A DNA stretch of 33,494 nt from Actinomycetota bacterium. Its GTDB lineage: Bacteria; Actinomycetota; Actinomycetes; S36-B12; UBA5976. The notes beneath the pieces were generated by a model. It had not been told where the DNA came from and ran no database searches. It worked only from the letters and a program-made list of their open reading frames with translations. Positions 15,770-25,057 of this stretch are shown here, in pieces. The stretch is taken from positions 1-33,494 of the forward strand of contig CANLIF010000002.1 of the NCBI GenBank assembly GCA_947491175.1, in the 5' to 3' direction. Position numbers and translations under genes: made by a program. Position 1 is the stretch's first letter, and the number at the start of each line of letters is the position of its first letter.

Positions 15770-17197
15770 GTGGTTGTTGGAGAAATGCCATCCTCAGTTG
15801 ATTTGTTAGTCGTTGGAGGTGGACCTGGTGGTTACGTAGCTGCAATTGCGGCCGCTCAACTTGGTCGTCAAGTGGTTTTGGTTGATACTCAAGGCGAAGC
15901 TGGACTTGGTGGCGTGTGCGTAAACGTTGGTTGTATCCCGTCCAAGGCACTTATTGGACTGGCCCACGCAACTCATGACATTTCTGGTTGGGGTAAGCGA
16001 GGTTTAAAAGTAACAGGTGAACCAACGGTTGACATGAAGGAATTCCAAACTTGGAAAACTGAAGTAATCAGCGGTTTGAATAGCGGAGTTCGCCAACTTC
16101 TTAAAACTGCAGGCGTTGAAGTCCGCCAAGGATTCTTTCGGTTTACTCGCAAAGATCAAGGAGTACTTGAATATGGTGAAGCCCCACCCACACATATTCA
16201 ATTCAAGAATTGCATCATCGCAACTGGCTCCCGACCAACAGTTATCCCAGGACTACCGCGCGATGGCAAACGCATCCTAGATTCCTCAGATGTACTAGCC
16301 CTAGATGTCTTGCCAAAATCAATCGCAGTTGTTGGCGGCGGATACATCGGTGTTGAACTTGGAACTGCGCTGGCTCAATTAGGTTCTAAAGTAACGATGA
16401 TCGAAGCCGCTGAAAGATTGCTGCCAGCCTTGCCATCAACATTGGTTGCACCCGTTGCTCGTCGTCTCGGCGAACTTGGTGTCGACATTCGAGTGAATAC
16501 CAAGGTTGTCAGCGACAATGGAAAATTACTTACTGTTACATGTGATGGCACCGAGGTTGCAATTGACGTCGAGTATGTTGTCATCGCAATTGGTCGTACT
16601 CCAAATACCGATGATATTGGGTTAGAAGTTCTCGGCATCACACCAAATGCTCGCGGGATTATTGAAGTTGGCTCGGATTTGTTAGTAACGCCAAAGATTG
16701 CAGCGATCGGAGACATAACTCCAGGACCTGCGCTTGCCCACAAAGCTAGCGCCGAAGCTCACGTTGCGGCTGAAGTTTTATCCGGACACGATGCCAAGTT
16801 TGATCCCACTGCTATTCCAGCCGTTGTGTTCAGCGATCCAGAAATTGCGATGACTGGACTCACAGTTGAAGAAGCCAAAGCTGCTGGATACGAAGCGTTA
16901 GCTGCCATGTTCCCAATGGCTGCATCTGGCCGGGCTTACACACTTGGCGAAAAAGCTGGCTTTACGCAATTAGTTCACACCCCAGAAGGCGTAGTGCTTG
17001 GTGCCCAAATTGTCGGACCTCATGCCTCTGAATACATAGCGGAAGTTACATTGGCGATCGAAATGGGCGCAAATCTGCAAGACTTAGCAGACACGATTCA
17101 CCCGCATCCTTCAATGAGTGAAACCTTGCCAGAGGCCGCTCGAGTAGGTTTGGGATTTCCGATACATGTTTCACCAAAACGCCAACGTAACACCTAA
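15770..17197 (+). CDS. lpdA: Dihydrolipoyl dehydrogenase (E3).
   Basis: VVGGGPGGY, the redox-active disulfide GGVCVNVGCIPSK, and the C-terminal HPHPSMSE interface motif are present. The start is GTG at 15770, with an alternative ATG at 15785. Confidence 0.9.
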   Translation: MVVGEMPSSVDLLVVGGGPGGYVAAIAAAQLGRQVVLVDTQGEAGLGGVCVNVGCIPSKALIGLAHATHDISGWGKRGLKVTGEPTVDMKEFQTWKTEVISGLNSGVRQLLKTAGVEVRQGFFRFTRKDQGVLEYGEAPPTHIQFKNCIIATGSRPTVIPGLPRDGKRILDSSDVLALDVLPKSIAVVGGGYIGVELGTALAQLGSKVTMIEAAERLLPALPSTLVAPVARRLGELGVDIRVNTKVVSDNGKLLTVTCDGTEVAIDVEYVVIAIGRTPNTDDIGLEVLGITPNARGIIEVGSDLLVTPKIAAIGDITPGPALAHKASAEAHVAAEVLSGHDAKFDPTAIPAVVFSDPEIAMTGLTVEEAKAAGYEALAAMFPMAASGRAYTLGEKAGFTQLVHTPEGVVLGAQIVGPHASEYIAEVTLAIEMGANLQDLADTIHPHPSMSETLPEAARVGLGFPIHVSPKRQRNT

Positions 17198-17218
17198 GAA
17201 GGGAAGTAAATTTCAACC

Positions 17219-18541
17219 ATGCGTATTACAGAAGCCGATAAAAAGTTCCTAAAGGCCGACATTGAAGTGCTTAAGGCACCAGAACTCGATTCGCCTCCAG
17301 CCCAGCGATTGCCAGAAGTTATCGAAACTGTTTCAAGGATGCTTTCCGATATCGAAAAGAACGGTGTTGACGCGGTTAAGAAATATGCCCGCGACCTTGA
17401 TAAGTGGGATAAAGACTTTGAACTAAGCGCGGCTGATCTTGCAAAAACTGGTGACAAACTTTCCCCAGAACTTCGTAAGGCCCTTGAAATTGGCTCCGAG
17501 CGCACCAAGATGTTTGCAGTTGAAACTCGTAAGCACTTAGTTGATTTCGAACTAGAAACCACACCTGGTGTTGTCTTAGGCCAGAAGTACATTCCAATCG
17601 AACGCGTTGGTGCTTACTTGCCTGCAGGTAACTTCCCAATTCTTTCCTCGGCATTCATGACTGTTGGCGTATCCAAAGTCGCTGGCGTGCCAATGACCAT
17701 GGCTTGCACTCCACCAATGTCTGACGCTGGTGGCAATGATGCAGTTTTGTATTCGGCTTATCTTTCTGGCGTAGATCGCACTTTCATTCTTGGTGGCGTG
17801 CAGGCGCTTGCTGCTATGACTTTTGGTCTACTTGGTGAAAAGCCAGTCGACATTCTTGTCGGTGCGGGAAATGCTTACGTTGCTGAAGCCAAGCGTCAGC
17901 TATTTGGTCGCGTTGGTATCGACCTTCTTGCCGGTCCGTCCGAAGTCGCGGTAATTGCAGATGACACTGCGGATGCTCGCATGGTTGCTTGCGATCTTTT
18001 GGGTCAGGCTGAACACGGAATGCAATCACCGGCTTCCCTTGTTACGACCTCGCGCGAACTTGGTATGGCGGTTATTCAAGAAGTAAAGCGTCAGTTAGCA
18101 GAACTTTCAACGGAATACATTGCCGGCCCAGCTTGGCGTGACTATGGCACGGTTTACTTAGTCAAAACTCCAGATGATGCCATCGAAGTTATGGACACCT
18201 TGGCACCTGAGCACTTAGAAATCTTGACTGGTGACAATGACTATTACCTAAAGCATCTAAAGAACTATGGCTCATTGTTCATTGGGGAATGGTCCACAGT
18301 TTCTTACGCTGACAAGGGAACAACTGGCACAAACCACGTTCTTCCAACTGGTGGCGGCGCTAAGTACACATCAGGTCTGTCAGTCGGTCGCTTCTTGAAG
18401 CCAGTGACCTACCAAACCTCAACTCGCGAATCCACGATGCAAGTTGCTCCGCATAACTCAGCAATCGCAGGGTTCGAAGGTATGTCAGCCCACAAGGCAA
18501 CTGCGGATCTTCGGATTGAATTGTTAAACGCCGGAAAGTAA
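17219..18541 (+). CDS. Histidinol dehydrogenase-family NAD-dependent dehydrogenase (a HisD paralogue / HpsN-like candidate).
   Basis: GPSEVAVIADDTAD, LLGQAEHG, LAPEHLEI and GTNHVLPTGG match the HisD Zn and catalytic motifs. The gene is not in a his-operon context. It sits 21 nt after lpdA with a GAAGGGAAG Shine-Dalgarno sequence. Confidence 0.8.
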   Translation: MRITEADKKFLKADIEVLKAPELDSPPAQRLPEVIETVSRMLSDIEKNGVDAVKKYARDLDKWDKDFELSAADLAKTGDKLSPELRKALEIGSERTKMFAVETRKHLVDFELETTPGVVLGQKYIPIERVGAYLPAGNFPILSSAFMTVGVSKVAGVPMTMACTPPMSDAGGNDAVLYSAYLSGVDRTFILGGVQALAAMTFGLLGEKPVDILVGAGNAYVAEAKRQLFGRVGIDLLAGPSEVAVIADDTADARMVACDLLGQAEHGMQSPASLVTTSRELGMAVIQEVKRQLAELSTEYIAGPAWRDYGTVYLVKTPDDAIEVMDTLAPEHLEILTGDNDYYLKHLKNYGSLFIGEWSTVSYADKGTTGTNHVLPTGGGAKYTSGLSVGRFLKPVTYQTSTRESTMQVAPHNSAIAGFEGMSAHKATADLRIELLNAGK

Positions 18542-18551
18542 ATCTAAAACT

Positions 18552-18586
18552 AAAGCCCGCTCTAACTAGAGCGGGCTTTAGTTTTG
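18552..18586. terminator. Bidirectional intrinsic terminator between the convergent HisD-family gene and kup.
   Basis: AAAGCCCGCTC-TAACTA-GAGCGGGCTTT forms an 11-bp stem. It is flanked by an A-run on one side and TTTAGTTTT on the other. Confidence 0.8.
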
Positions 18587-18591
18587 CATTT

Positions 18592-20481
18592 CTATAAATC
18601 GATTCGAGTTCCGATTGTGATTACTCGATCGTAAGGTAAGCCATAGAATTCGGTTGGGGCCACAGAGTTACGATGCAATATTTCAAACAGCGCTTCAGTT
18701 CGGCGTCCTAGTGAACCAGTGTTAGACGCCAAGAAGTGTCGTTCAGAGAGATAGTAAGTTGCTACTTTTTCTCTCTCACCAAGAACTTCACGCTCAAGTA
18801 CTAACGGAATATTGATACTTTCCATGTATCCGGCGTAAATAGTTACTCGACATAAGCGATCTGAAATGTGATCACATAACACTGGAGTAGTACTAATTGG
18901 CTGGGTGTCTGACTTAACAGTGACGATAATTACTTCATCAGGTAAGGAATGCATAACCGTTACGTGCGAAATTATTGCAGCCGGAACCATTTCTGCAGGT
19001 GAAGCTAAGAAGATCGCAACACCTGGAACACTTGCAATCTCGCCAGTTTCTAAACCTTGATAAATGTCTTGCCAAGTGCGGGTTGATTCGCGCATTTTTT
19101 TGTTTAACGCTCGGTTGCCTGCACGCCAAACGCTCATAACCGCAAACACCACGCCACCTAGGACGATTGGGACCCAGCCACCATCGAAAACATGGCCAGC
19201 AGTTCCGATTAGGAAACTTAAGTCAACAATCATGAAGGTGACAGTTAGTGGCAAGACTTTAGCAAGCGACCATTCCCAAACTTGGCGAGCCACAATATGG
19301 AAAGCAAAAGTGGTGATTGCCATCGTGCCTGCGATTGCGAGCACGTAAGCGCTGGCTAATGCTGAGGAAGACTTGAATCCAATTACCAGAGCAATACTTG
19401 ATAGGCCCACCAGCCAGTTCACAACTGGAACATAAATCTGTCCTTCATGTGCCGCACTAGTGTGACGAATCGTTAAGCGTGGAAAGAGTCCAAGCTGAAC
19501 GGCCTGACGAGAAAGCGAAAAGACCCCAGTAATGAGGGCCTGGCTTGCGATGACCGTGGCAAGGGTTGCGGAAACAATCAAAACCACAAGCACTGTTTGA
19601 TTCGGTGCTAGGCCAAAGAATGGATTAGCAGCAGCCTCAGGATTGGTGGAAACCAAGGCAGCCTGTCCCAGGTAGCAAAGCACTAGGGCTGGGCCAACTA
19701 GAAACATCCAGGCCCATCGAATTGGATTTACCCCGAAGTGCCCCATGTCGGCGTACAGTGCTTCAGCTCCAGTGACACACAAAATAACAGAAGCTAAAAT
19801 TGCAAAAGTTTTAAACCCGTTGTCTCCGATATATTCAATTGCATAAACAGGTGACAGGGCTTTGATAACAGATGGTTCGGCAAGAAATCTATAAATACCA
19901 AGGCCGGCAATCAGTCCAAACCACCACAACATAACCGGACCAAAGATGGTGCCAATCGCGTGAGTTCCCCGGGACTGAACGAGAAAGAGCGCGGCAAGAA
20001 TTATCACGGTCAGTGGAACTGCAACTTTTTCCAAGTCTTGATTTAGTAAAGCTAAACCTTCGGTTGCGGACAATACCGAAATTGCAGGAGTCAATACCCC
20101 ATCACCAAAAAGGAGCGCCGTTCCTACCAGAATCAAAATCAACGCGGCATTATGTTTAGTGGTTTTTGGCCCACGAATTTTGCGAGGCATTAATGAAAGT
20201 AGCGCAAGAATTCCGCCTTCGCCCTTGTTGTCTGCTCGCATTACAAAGCTCAAGTATTTTACGGAAACAACGAGTGTAAGAGTCCAGAAGAATAGTGAAA
20301 CCACGCCATATATGTCATCAACTGCAGCGCCAGATCTATGCAGCGTTTCTTTCAACGCATAAATCGGACTGGTTCCAATGTCACCAAAAACAACACCAGT
20401 TGCACCCAAGATAAGACTGGCATTGCCCGCCAGGTGCGACTTGTTACGACTTGATTCCGAAGTGCCACTTGGCTTAGACAT
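18592..20481 (-). CDS. kup: KUP/HAK/KT-family potassium uptake transporter.
   Basis: A 629-aa protein with the N-terminal signature GVVFGDIGTSPIYA, about 12 TM helices and a soluble C-terminal domain. Confidence 0.9.
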   Translation of the reverse strand: MSKPSGTSESSRNKSHLAGNASLILGATGVVFGDIGTSPIYALKETLHRSGAAVDDIYGVVSLFFWTLTLVVSVKYLSFVMRADNKGEGGILALLSLMPRKIRGPKTTKHNAALILILVGTALLFGDGVLTPAISVLSATEGLALLNQDLEKVAVPLTVIILAALFLVQSRGTHAIGTIFGPVMLWWFGLIAGLGIYRFLAEPSVIKALSPVYAIEYIGDNGFKTFAILASVILCVTGAEALYADMGHFGVNPIRWAWMFLVGPALVLCYLGQAALVSTNPEAAANPFFGLAPNQTVLVVLIVSATLATVIASQALITGVFSLSRQAVQLGLFPRLTIRHTSAAHEGQIYVPVVNWLVGLSSIALVIGFKSSSALASAYVLAIAGTMAITTFAFHIVARQVWEWSLAKVLPLTVTFMIVDLSFLIGTAGHVFDGGWVPIVLGGVVFAVMSVWRAGNRALNKKMRESTRTWQDIYQGLETGEIASVPGVAIFLASPAEMVPAAIISHVTVMHSLPDEVIIVTVKSDTQPISTTPVLCDHISDRLCRVTIYAGYMESINIPLVLEREVLGEREKVATYYLSERHFLASNTGSLGRRTEALFEILHRNSVAPTEFYGLPYDRVITIGTRIDL

Positions 20482-20556
20482 CTAAGTTCTTTCGATAGCA
20501 GTCAGCAGTGCGAGTAGCACCCTATTTATCTTAGACACTCATTTTGCATGCAACTA

Positions 20557-21984
20557 TCACTGTGATGCTTTCGCCACCTTTAATGTTTGAATCTTTGGTG
20601 GAGTTGTGGGACTCATCAAGATTTCAACCTCAATAAGGTCAGAATCGCTAACTACTTGCCATTTAACATGAGCCGGTGTTGTGGTCGTCAGACTTCCCGG
20701 CACTCGCGAAACCGTGGTCCCGCTTATTCCAACTGCCAAAATCGCTGACATTCGCTCATTTCGTGGCTGATCCAAATCCATATTCACGGCAAACCAATCA
20801 TCAGCCAATTGGTTATCCCAATTTTCGAGGAGATGCTCTGCAACCTTCATGGCGGAAGCTGTTTCAAACCACACATCTGATTCTGAATAAGTTTTTACTG
20901 GAGTATGGTCACGAACAATTATGGCTAATGCCTCTGATGCAGCTGGCATCATCGGTGCGTAGGTGCGATTTCCAAGAGCGACAATTCCCCAACCAGATTG
21001 CGGATGCCAACGCATGTGAGAACCAAAACCCGGGTAGCCACCACTGTGTGAAACAAACCTGCCAAGCAAGGAATCATCGTCGACCATCAAGCCAAATCCA
21101 TAAGAAGTAGTCACAGACTTAATTTGATCGGTATGGGGATCAGTGAAAGCTGCAGTGCGAGCGTGACGTTGTGGTTCTTGCATCTCGCGGCGACTCCACC
21201 TTTGAAGCGGATGAATGGAAGTTTCATCCCAAGCAGATTGAAACCCAGCTACCCATTTGGCCAAGTCAGCAACATTGCTGAGTAACCCACCCATGGCACT
21301 GAATGCACCCGGGATTGTTAATGGCTCAGGCACAAATCCAGCGGCGAACTCGGCATAGCCTTGGACAAAGTTTTCAGGCGAAACTTTAACTTGGTGGAAA
21401 GTAGATTTAGTCATTGCTAGTGGCTTATGAATTTCCGTTGCCACAAAATCCAAGTAATCCATTCCACTAGTTACCGAAATGATTCTGCCAAGTAGCGCAT
21501 AACCTAAATTCGAATATTCAAATCCCATTCGAGGAACTCGGGTAAACCGCAGGCCTTGACTAACTAAGTCATCAAAACTTTCAATTTCTAAACTTTCCTG
21601 TCGATCACCCCAGGGATCATCCGTTGGAAATCCAGCGTTCATAGTCAATAAATCCCGAATCGTAATTACGTGACCAAAATCAGGGATTCCAATGCTGTCG
21701 GTCCATGGCAAGTACATGGTGATGTCATCATCGAGGCGGAGTTTGCCAGCATCGCGAAGTAACAGGATTCCGGTAGCAGTAAAACTCTTTGTCATGGAGG
21801 CAATTCGAAACACGCTGGTGCTGTCAGGACAGTTATTTGAATCCAAAATTGTTTGGCCAAAACCTTGAGAATGAACGAGTTGGCCATCTTTGATGAGTCC
21901 GTACGCAACACCAGGAATCTTTTTCTCCTCATGGTGTTTTAAGAAATGTTGATCCAGCAAGTCAAAGATGTTGTTGTAATCCAT
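20557..21984 (-). CDS. Serine hydrolase of the class-C beta-lactamase / esterase (EstB-like) family.
   Basis: S-x-x-K in ASMTKSF, Y-x-N in YSNLGY, and HSGG as the KTG-equivalent box. I prefer the ATG at 21984 (MDYNNIFDLL). The track start at 22062 would leave only 38 bp to the divergent gene. Confidence 0.8.
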   Translation of the reverse strand: MDYNNIFDLLDQHFLKHHEEKKIPGVAYGLIKDGQLVHSQGFGQTILDSNNCPDSTSVFRIASMTKSFTATGILLLRDAGKLRLDDDITMYLPWTDSIGIPDFGHVITIRDLLTMNAGFPTDDPWGDRQESLEIESFDDLVSQGLRFTRVPRMGFEYSNLGYALLGRIISVTSGMDYLDFVATEIHKPLAMTKSTFHQVKVSPENFVQGYAEFAAGFVPEPLTIPGAFSAMGGLLSNVADLAKWVAGFQSAWDETSIHPLQRWSRREMQEPQRHARTAAFTDPHTDQIKSVTTSYGFGLMVDDDSLLGRFVSHSGGYPGFGSHMRWHPQSGWGIVALGNRTYAPMMPAASEALAIIVRDHTPVKTYSESDVWFETASAMKVAEHLLENWDNQLADDWFAVNMDLDQPRNERMSAILAVGISGTTVSRVPGSLTTTTPAHVKWQVVSDSDLIEVEILMSPTTPPKIQTLKVAKASQ

Positions 21985-22100
21985 AAAGCCCAGTTTGCCA
22001 CTTTTACGTGCTGAGTTTGTTCTACTAAATCTCTCATTATGCAAATACCCGCCACTTCTCATAGATTTAAGAGCAGGAAGTATTCGTTAGGAGAAATCAA

Positions 22101-23027
22101 GTGGCGACAAACGCGTTACAAGAACGCTTTGGCACCAGATTTCGCCGCATCATCACAAACACCGAAGATGGCGTTCCACCATGGATGGAAGCCGTTGAGT
22201 CTGGGGAAACTCGAGGACTCTACCTGCCACAGGATGCGCCCTGGGTTGTTCACGGTGACGTTGCAACATTAATTGGTGGGATTCGCGCATTGCTGATGCA
22301 AGCTTTGCATCCTGGAACTCTTACTGGAGTTGAACAACATTCACGTTATGAACACGATCCACTAGGTCGACTGGCTGGAACCACTAAATGGTTAACTATT
22401 GCAACTTTCGGTTCGGCTGAAGCGATAGCGAATGAATCTGCTCGAGTCAATCGCATGCATGATCACGTCAAAGGTGAGTACGTAACCGGCCACGGCGAGA
22501 CGAAGTCATACCAGGCAGCTGATCCAGACCTTCTTGCCTGGGTTCATATTGCATTTACGGATTCATTTCTTACAACTCATGAACTTTATGGCGCCGAAGA
22601 GATTCCGGGTGGTCCAGATGAATACGTTTCCCAATGGTCCAAGTCGGTAGTTCCACTTGGATTAACTCATGCGCCGATGTCACGGGCTGAACTAAAGCGT
22701 GAGATCAAGCGCTACCGCGACGAAGGAGTTTTGGCCACAAGTGAAACCACGAAACGAGTTGTGGAATTTATCCGCAAACCACCACTGTCAAAGACTGCAT
22801 TGCTTGCCTATGATCGAATGTTTGATGGCGCCGTTGCATCTATTCCAGCAGAGTTTCAAGAGATGCTTGGGCTAAAAGGCAAGAGTCTAAAAATTGCTGG
22901 ACCGATCACTCGTGGAATCCTAACTTCACTTCGAATGGCCCTAGGTCCGGCCTCACCGATGGAAGAAGCAGCAATTGCCCGCTTAATTCGCATCGGTGAG
23001 TTACCGAAGGATTATGTGGCTAGTTAA
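22101..23027 (+). CDS. MpaB/DUF2236-family oxygenase.
   Basis: ALLMQALHPGTLTGVEQHSRYEHDPLGRLAGT..RVNRMHDHVKG resembles the DUF2236 core. The GTG start has an AGGAG Shine-Dalgarno sequence 7 nt upstream. Confidence 0.7.
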   Translation: MATNALQERFGTRFRRIITNTEDGVPPWMEAVESGETRGLYLPQDAPWVVHGDVATLIGGIRALLMQALHPGTLTGVEQHSRYEHDPLGRLAGTTKWLTIATFGSAEAIANESARVNRMHDHVKGEYVTGHGETKSYQAADPDLLAWVHIAFTDSFLTTHELYGAEEIPGGPDEYVSQWSKSVVPLGLTHAPMSRAELKREIKRYRDEGVLATSETTKRVVEFIRKPPLSKTALLAYDRMFDGAVASIPAEFQEMLGLKGKSLKIAGPITRGILTSLRMALGPASPMEEAAIARLIRIGELPKDYVAS

Positions 23028-24441
23028 AGTCCACGTATTCATCAGCAATTGCAAGCTGCAGCCATTGACGTGAATTCTCAGAATCACTTTCGCTTAGCAA
23101 GTAAGCCGGAAGCAAAATCGTAGAACCATCATTTAAGTACCAAGAGATGAGACTTTTCTCAGTACTAACAATAGTTATGCGATCGATGTTGGAAGCCAAT
23201 ACTGGCTGGCCTGCTTGGTTTCGAACTACCTTTGATGAATTTGAGTTGGTATCCATTTCCATTGGGTAGACCATGCCTTCCCGATAGACCTCTTGTGCCG
23301 CTAAGTTAGCCCATAGTGCATTTTGGCTTCGCTCTATTGCAGTCTTGGCACCAACGATGTTGTACTCGGCAGTTGGAACAAATTTCGCGAAGAAACCGTT
23401 TGCGTTCAAAATTGCATTGTCAGGACCGACAGTCATGGACCATGATTGATTCGTATAGATCCCATCGAGTAAAACTTTGGCAGTGACTAGCTTGTAAGCA
23501 TTTGCCATTTCAGTCCCGTAACCCCACTGGCCACCGTTATCTACTACGGTCCAGATAGCGGAGGCAGAATCGAAATTAAGCGCTCCAAATTTTTCTTTAG
23601 CTAAAACCAGAGCAGACTCGTCGCTTGGTAAAGTTCCGCTTGGTGTCTCACATTCGCTTGCAGCTGGCGCCGGCATTGGTTCGGAAGTTGCAGCTGGCTC
23701 TGCAGTCGCTACATCAACACCTGCTACACCGGCAGTAGAACTGGACTTAGTGTCATACATCGGCATGTCACCTCCGCAGTAAACAGGGTTTACTGACGAG
23801 TCACTGTAATTCCAAGTTACTAATTGGCTTAAATCCCAACTTGCACCACTAATTTGTGCGACTGCTTTGACATAATTCTTGTCACCAACGAAGTAACCAT
23901 CTGACTTGCCTCCAATGATTTTCCCCGTTACTGAAAAAACATTCGCAATTTTCTCAAGCTGGGTTTTGCGATCGATGTCACTGGCATCGAAGGTGTAACC
24001 AACTTGGACACCTGAAGTATCCGAAATACTTGAATCAGCTTCTAGATATGCTCGGCCGCCCCAACCCCACAAAGCACTCGAAGACATTTTTGAATCTTGG
24101 GAGCCAGATGGCGCTCCACTTACCGAGTCGGGAGCCCCCATTTCAGGAGCAGAAATAGGTGCATAAACGAAATTTGAGTCGGAACTTGATTGTGCTGCAA
24201 TCGTGTATCCGGCGCCGCCACCAACAAACAGCGCAACACTGGCTGCAACCGCAACTGGGGCAAGCCAAGAACGCTTAGAGATTGGCACTACTTTGTTGGT
24301 TTCGGCAAGTACCGAAGCCCGAATCGCTGCTAAGTCAGGGGCAGCAGCTGAACTTGCTGGATCATTGGCCCGCAGCAATTCCCAAGCCTGGTCGCCCTTC
24401 GTACCTTCATTGCCAAATTCGTTGTCAGATTCATTGCTCAT
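23020..24441 (-). CDS. Single-pass membrane protein with a large extracytoplasmic domain. It is a candidate anti-sigma factor or partner of the divergent ECF sigma factor.
   Basis: There is an acidic cytoplasmic N-terminus with an ELLRANDPA-type motif, then a TM helix (LAPVAVAASVALFVGGGAGY). After that come about 390 aa of Ser/Ala/Pro-linked domains with no motif I recognise. A strong AGGAGA Shine-Dalgarno sequence is present. Confidence 0.6.
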   Translation of the reverse strand: MSNESDNEFGNEGTKGDQAWELLRANDPASSAAAPDLAAIRASVLAETNKVVPISKRSWLAPVAVAASVALFVGGGAGYTIAAQSSSDSNFVYAPISAPEMGAPDSVSGAPSGSQDSKMSSSALWGWGGRAYLEADSSISDTSGVQVGYTFDASDIDRKTQLEKIANVFSVTGKIIGGKSDGYFVGDKNYVKAVAQISGASWDLSQLVTWNYSDSSVNPVYCGGDMPMYDTKSSSTAGVAGVDVATAEPAATSEPMPAPAASECETPSGTLPSDESALVLAKEKFGALNFDSASAIWTVVDNGGQWGYGTEMANAYKLVTAKVLLDGIYTNQSWSMTVGPDNAILNANGFFAKFVPTAEYNIVGAKTAIERSQNALWANLAAQEVYREGMVYPMEMDTNSNSSKVVRNQAGQPVLASNIDRITIVSTEKSLISWYLNDGSTILLPAYLLSESDSENSRQWLQLAIADEYVDFN

Positions 24442-24586
24442 GATTTCTCCTATTTGCTCTCTACCCTTCTTATGTCGCTAGTTCTGCAAATCTTTCACTA
24501 AGATTTAACGGTTTTTTGGCTATTTTTGAAAGAAACCATTGGGTTTCGACATAAATTGGTAATAACAGCAATCGGGGGAGTTTCTG

Positions 24587-25057
24587 GTGTCCGCACTTGA
24601 GTTCGAGGAACTCTACGAACGCCATGCTCTCGAGGTTTATCGATACATATCCCGTCGTCACATTGGCAACGATTCCCAAGATTTAACCAGCGATGTTTTT
24701 GTCATCGCATTTCAAAAAATCAATTCGATACCTGTTGGGTCAGAATTACCTTGGCTCTACAGAACCGCATGGAATGTGTTGGCAAACGCGCATCGAAAAA
24801 ATGACCCGATCCCAACAGATTTTGTTTTAAGTGAAGTTGAACCTGACTGCGCTGACGAAGTTATAACTAATGATCAGTTAAGTAAGGCTTGGAAACTTGT
24901 CCCTGACAAGGATCGTGAAGTTTTGCGATTGGCTGCCTGGGAAGGCCTTAACGGTAAAGAATTAGCGCAAGCACTAGGCATTTCCGAAGGTGGTGCCGGA
25001 GCGGCCTTGTCGCGAGCCCGAGCGAATTTGCGCAAAGCTTGGGATCAAGAGAACTAG
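24587..25057 (+). CDS. ECF-type RNA polymerase sigma factor.
   Basis: The region-2-like segment is LYERHALEVYRYISRR..DLTSDVFVIAF. The region-4 helix-turn-helix is REVLRLAAWEGLNGKELAQALGISEGGAGAALSRARANLR. The GTG start has a GGGGGAG Shine-Dalgarno sequence. Confidence 0.85.
   Translation: MSALEFEELYERHALEVYRYISRRHIGNDSQDLTSDVFVIAFQKINSIPVGSELPWLYRTAWNVLANAHRKNDPIPTDFVLSEVEPDCADEVITNDQLSKAWKLVPDKDREVLRLAAWEGLNGKELAQALGISEGGAGAALSRARANLRKAWDQEN

Noticed and set aside
1206-16743. Many 60-150-aa ORFs antisense to or nested inside large genes. Examples are 1206-1475, 3909-4154, 6706-7020, 10472-10864, 12817-13230, 14273-14728, 14676-15074 and 16375-16743.
   Set aside because: Each lies wholly inside a strongly supported family-assignable CDS on the opposite strand or in another frame. 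Their translations are low-complexity (Arg/Ser/Pro/Gln-rich) with no Shine-Dalgarno sequence. They are typical shadow ORFs.
20482-20556. A possible c-di-AMP (ydaO/kimA-type) riboswitch upstream of kup.
   Set aside because: Only 75 nt separate the kup start from the upstream stop. That is too short for the aptamer of more than 100 nt, and I could not see its conserved ACGGGG/CCCGA-type pseudo-symmetric elements.
24442-24586. An ECF-type autoregulatory promoter (GAAAC ... CGAC) upstream of the sigma factor gene.
   Set aside because: The spacing between the AAC-like and CGAC-like elements is about 10 nt, far from the 16-18 nt expected. No convincing -35/-10 pair is present.
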